Assembly: GCA_965637545.1 (NCBI GenBank)
Contig: OZ281494.1
Span: 9,610,001 to 9,674,000 of the forward strand
Reading direction: 5' to 3'
Origin: Phallusia mammillata
Taxonomy: Eukaryota
DNA length: 64,000 bases
The position numbers were made by a program, and so were the translations under genes. The first letter of the stretch is position 1, and every line of letters starts with the position of its first letter. Under the pieces are notes generated by a model. It made no database searches, was not told the DNA's origin, and saw nothing but the letters and a program-made list of their open reading frames with translations. Below are positions 62,401 through 64,000 of the stretch, piece by piece.

Positions 62401-64000
62401 CGAAAATCTTGCGACCAATTTCTTCTTAGATGTTTATCTCTGGACACTTACTCGGTGGAGATCTACTGGCAGTGCAAGCACGAAAATGTCAACTACATTT
62501 TGGCTATAGTTTTATTATAGGTTCATCAATTTGCAACGGATATGAGGAATGTCAGGAAGGTTACGACGAAGCGATTTGCCCCGGTCGTTTTCGATGCGCA
62601 GCAGGCCAAGTCGAAACTTTAGTTTACGGTTAATAGATTGTCATTCAGACCTAAAAAGGCTGTATTTGTTTGTTGAGTATTTAGTTATGTGTTTAATACT
62701 TTTTGTATTACTGCAGAAGCTGGTATACTAGGGTTGTAAGTCGGGTCGGACTTTTCGGGCCTAGGTTTTTCAAATCGGGCCTGACTTCACATTCTGTGTA
62801 CGCAACATTTTACAAATAAAATTCCCTAGCTAAATAGACTTTTGATGGACTAATGCCTAACAGCCCTAAAACGCCTTGTTTAAGCCAATGTTTGTTATTT
62901 TGCATTGGGCATGTCAACTTTACGATTTTCTGTACAGACGTACTTTTTGTAAGCTTTCATGTATTTGCCGGTCAAACAGGCCGGGTTTGTATGCTTTGGT
63001 TCTGGCCGGATTTGTGCTAGAACTTCCGGCCCCGCATAAAACTCTGTAGTATACAATTTACATCAACCAATCTTTCATACTAAAGTGGATAACTTCGTTC
63101 AGGTGTTCGTGATCGTATAAGCATCCCGGTCCAGAAAACATGCGACCTGGTCGCCGATTGCATCAACACCACAGACGAACTTAACTGTTCCGAATCCACA
63201 CACTTCTACTGCCTTAACAAGTCACCTCCATTTGTACCAACAACCAAAGTTCTCGATGGCGTTTCAGACTGCAGCGATTCCTCAGACGAATGTCCTCCGA
63301 ACTACTTGAAAAACGACGCACTTGCTTCAAACGAGCAAATGATCAAAATCCGAGCTCTCGAAATCCTGGTCTGGTTTATGGCAATATTAGCGTTGTTTGG
63401 CAACCTCGCAGTTATGATAAACACTGCTCTTTACTTTAAACAAACCAAGATCGATCAACTACAAAACAAAGTAGGCTTGATCAACAACGCTATGATTTTG
63501 AACTTAGCAATAGCTGATTTTCTCATGGGTATCGTTCTCCTGGTTGTTGGAATCAAGGCGGTCGAGTTTTCAGGGAGTTACTGTCTTTTTGACAAGTTGT
63601 GGAGATCTAGTAACCTGTGCAACGCAATCGGTGCCATGACAGTGATTTCAAGTGAAACATCAGTGCTTACATTGGTTTGCATCACATCATATCGTCTCTA
63701 CATCATTTATAAACCTTTCGAAACTCGTTGTATCAGGGGCAGAATTGCAATAATGTGGATCTGTAGCATCTGGTTTGTCTCCTTTCTTCTTGCTTTGCTC
63801 CCATTTTCTACCGCCTTGTCTGGAAATATGTTGACCAGCGCTCAAATCACACCCAGTCCTTACTTTTATTCTGATCAAGTGAAACTTACCGACTTCAGGC
63901 AATTTGCTCTGCGAATCGCTGCTTTGGGCAACAAAACTCAGCAAAAAATTGAGTCATACAATTGGGATGACCTTAACGCTTATCTAGCTTTGGAAAAAAG
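59489..64000 (+). CDS. LDLa-repeat GPCR copy 4, 3'-truncated by the window; exons 59489-59540, 59851-60003, 60116-60247, 60752-62039, 62104-62206, 62430-62628, 63103->64000
   Basis: Same exon sizes and phases as copy 2. No stop codon was seen up to the window edge. Confidence 0.85.

Overview
Eukaryotic (metazoan) AT-rich genomic DNA with short GT-AG introns. The gene content suggests an invertebrate chordate such as an ascidian, but that is inference only. (1) Bases 1-5527 are the right end of an apparently intact Polinton/Maverick (adintovirus-like) element. It carries a gap-free + strand cassette: pX-like C-terminus, conserved unknown ORF, chromodomain DDE integrase, small 2-TM protein, minor capsid, basic core protein, major capsid and adenain protease. 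A terminal region with TTAGGG-like repeats ends in ...ACTACT. The element sits in intron 1 of a host GPCR gene, and three paralogs in the window show the empty site. (2) There are four paralogs of a 7-exon LDLa-repeat rhodopsin-class GPCR with no visible LRR block. Copy 1 (+) has a nonsense codon and the Polinton insertion, copy 2 (-) is intact at about 1126 aa, copy 3 (+) has a nonsense codon, and copy 4 (+) is open to the window edge. A divergent fragment lies near 47.5 kb. Copies 1 and 2 form an inverted duplication; copies 3 and 4 form a tandem duplication with a microhomology junction. (3) Between copies 1 and 2 is an 8-exon gene, missed by the ORF track, for a secreted, probably GPI-anchored protein with three Ly6/uPAR domains. 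(4) A frameshifted non-RD TKL (RIPK/IRAK-like) kinase lies at about 37.8-40.5 kb. (5) Many non-autonomous DNA transposons are present: hAT MITEs with 8-bp TSDs, a foldback element, a PIF/Harbinger-like MITE and Helentron/HINE-like repeats, several of them nested. No tRNA, rRNA or CRISPR array was recognised.
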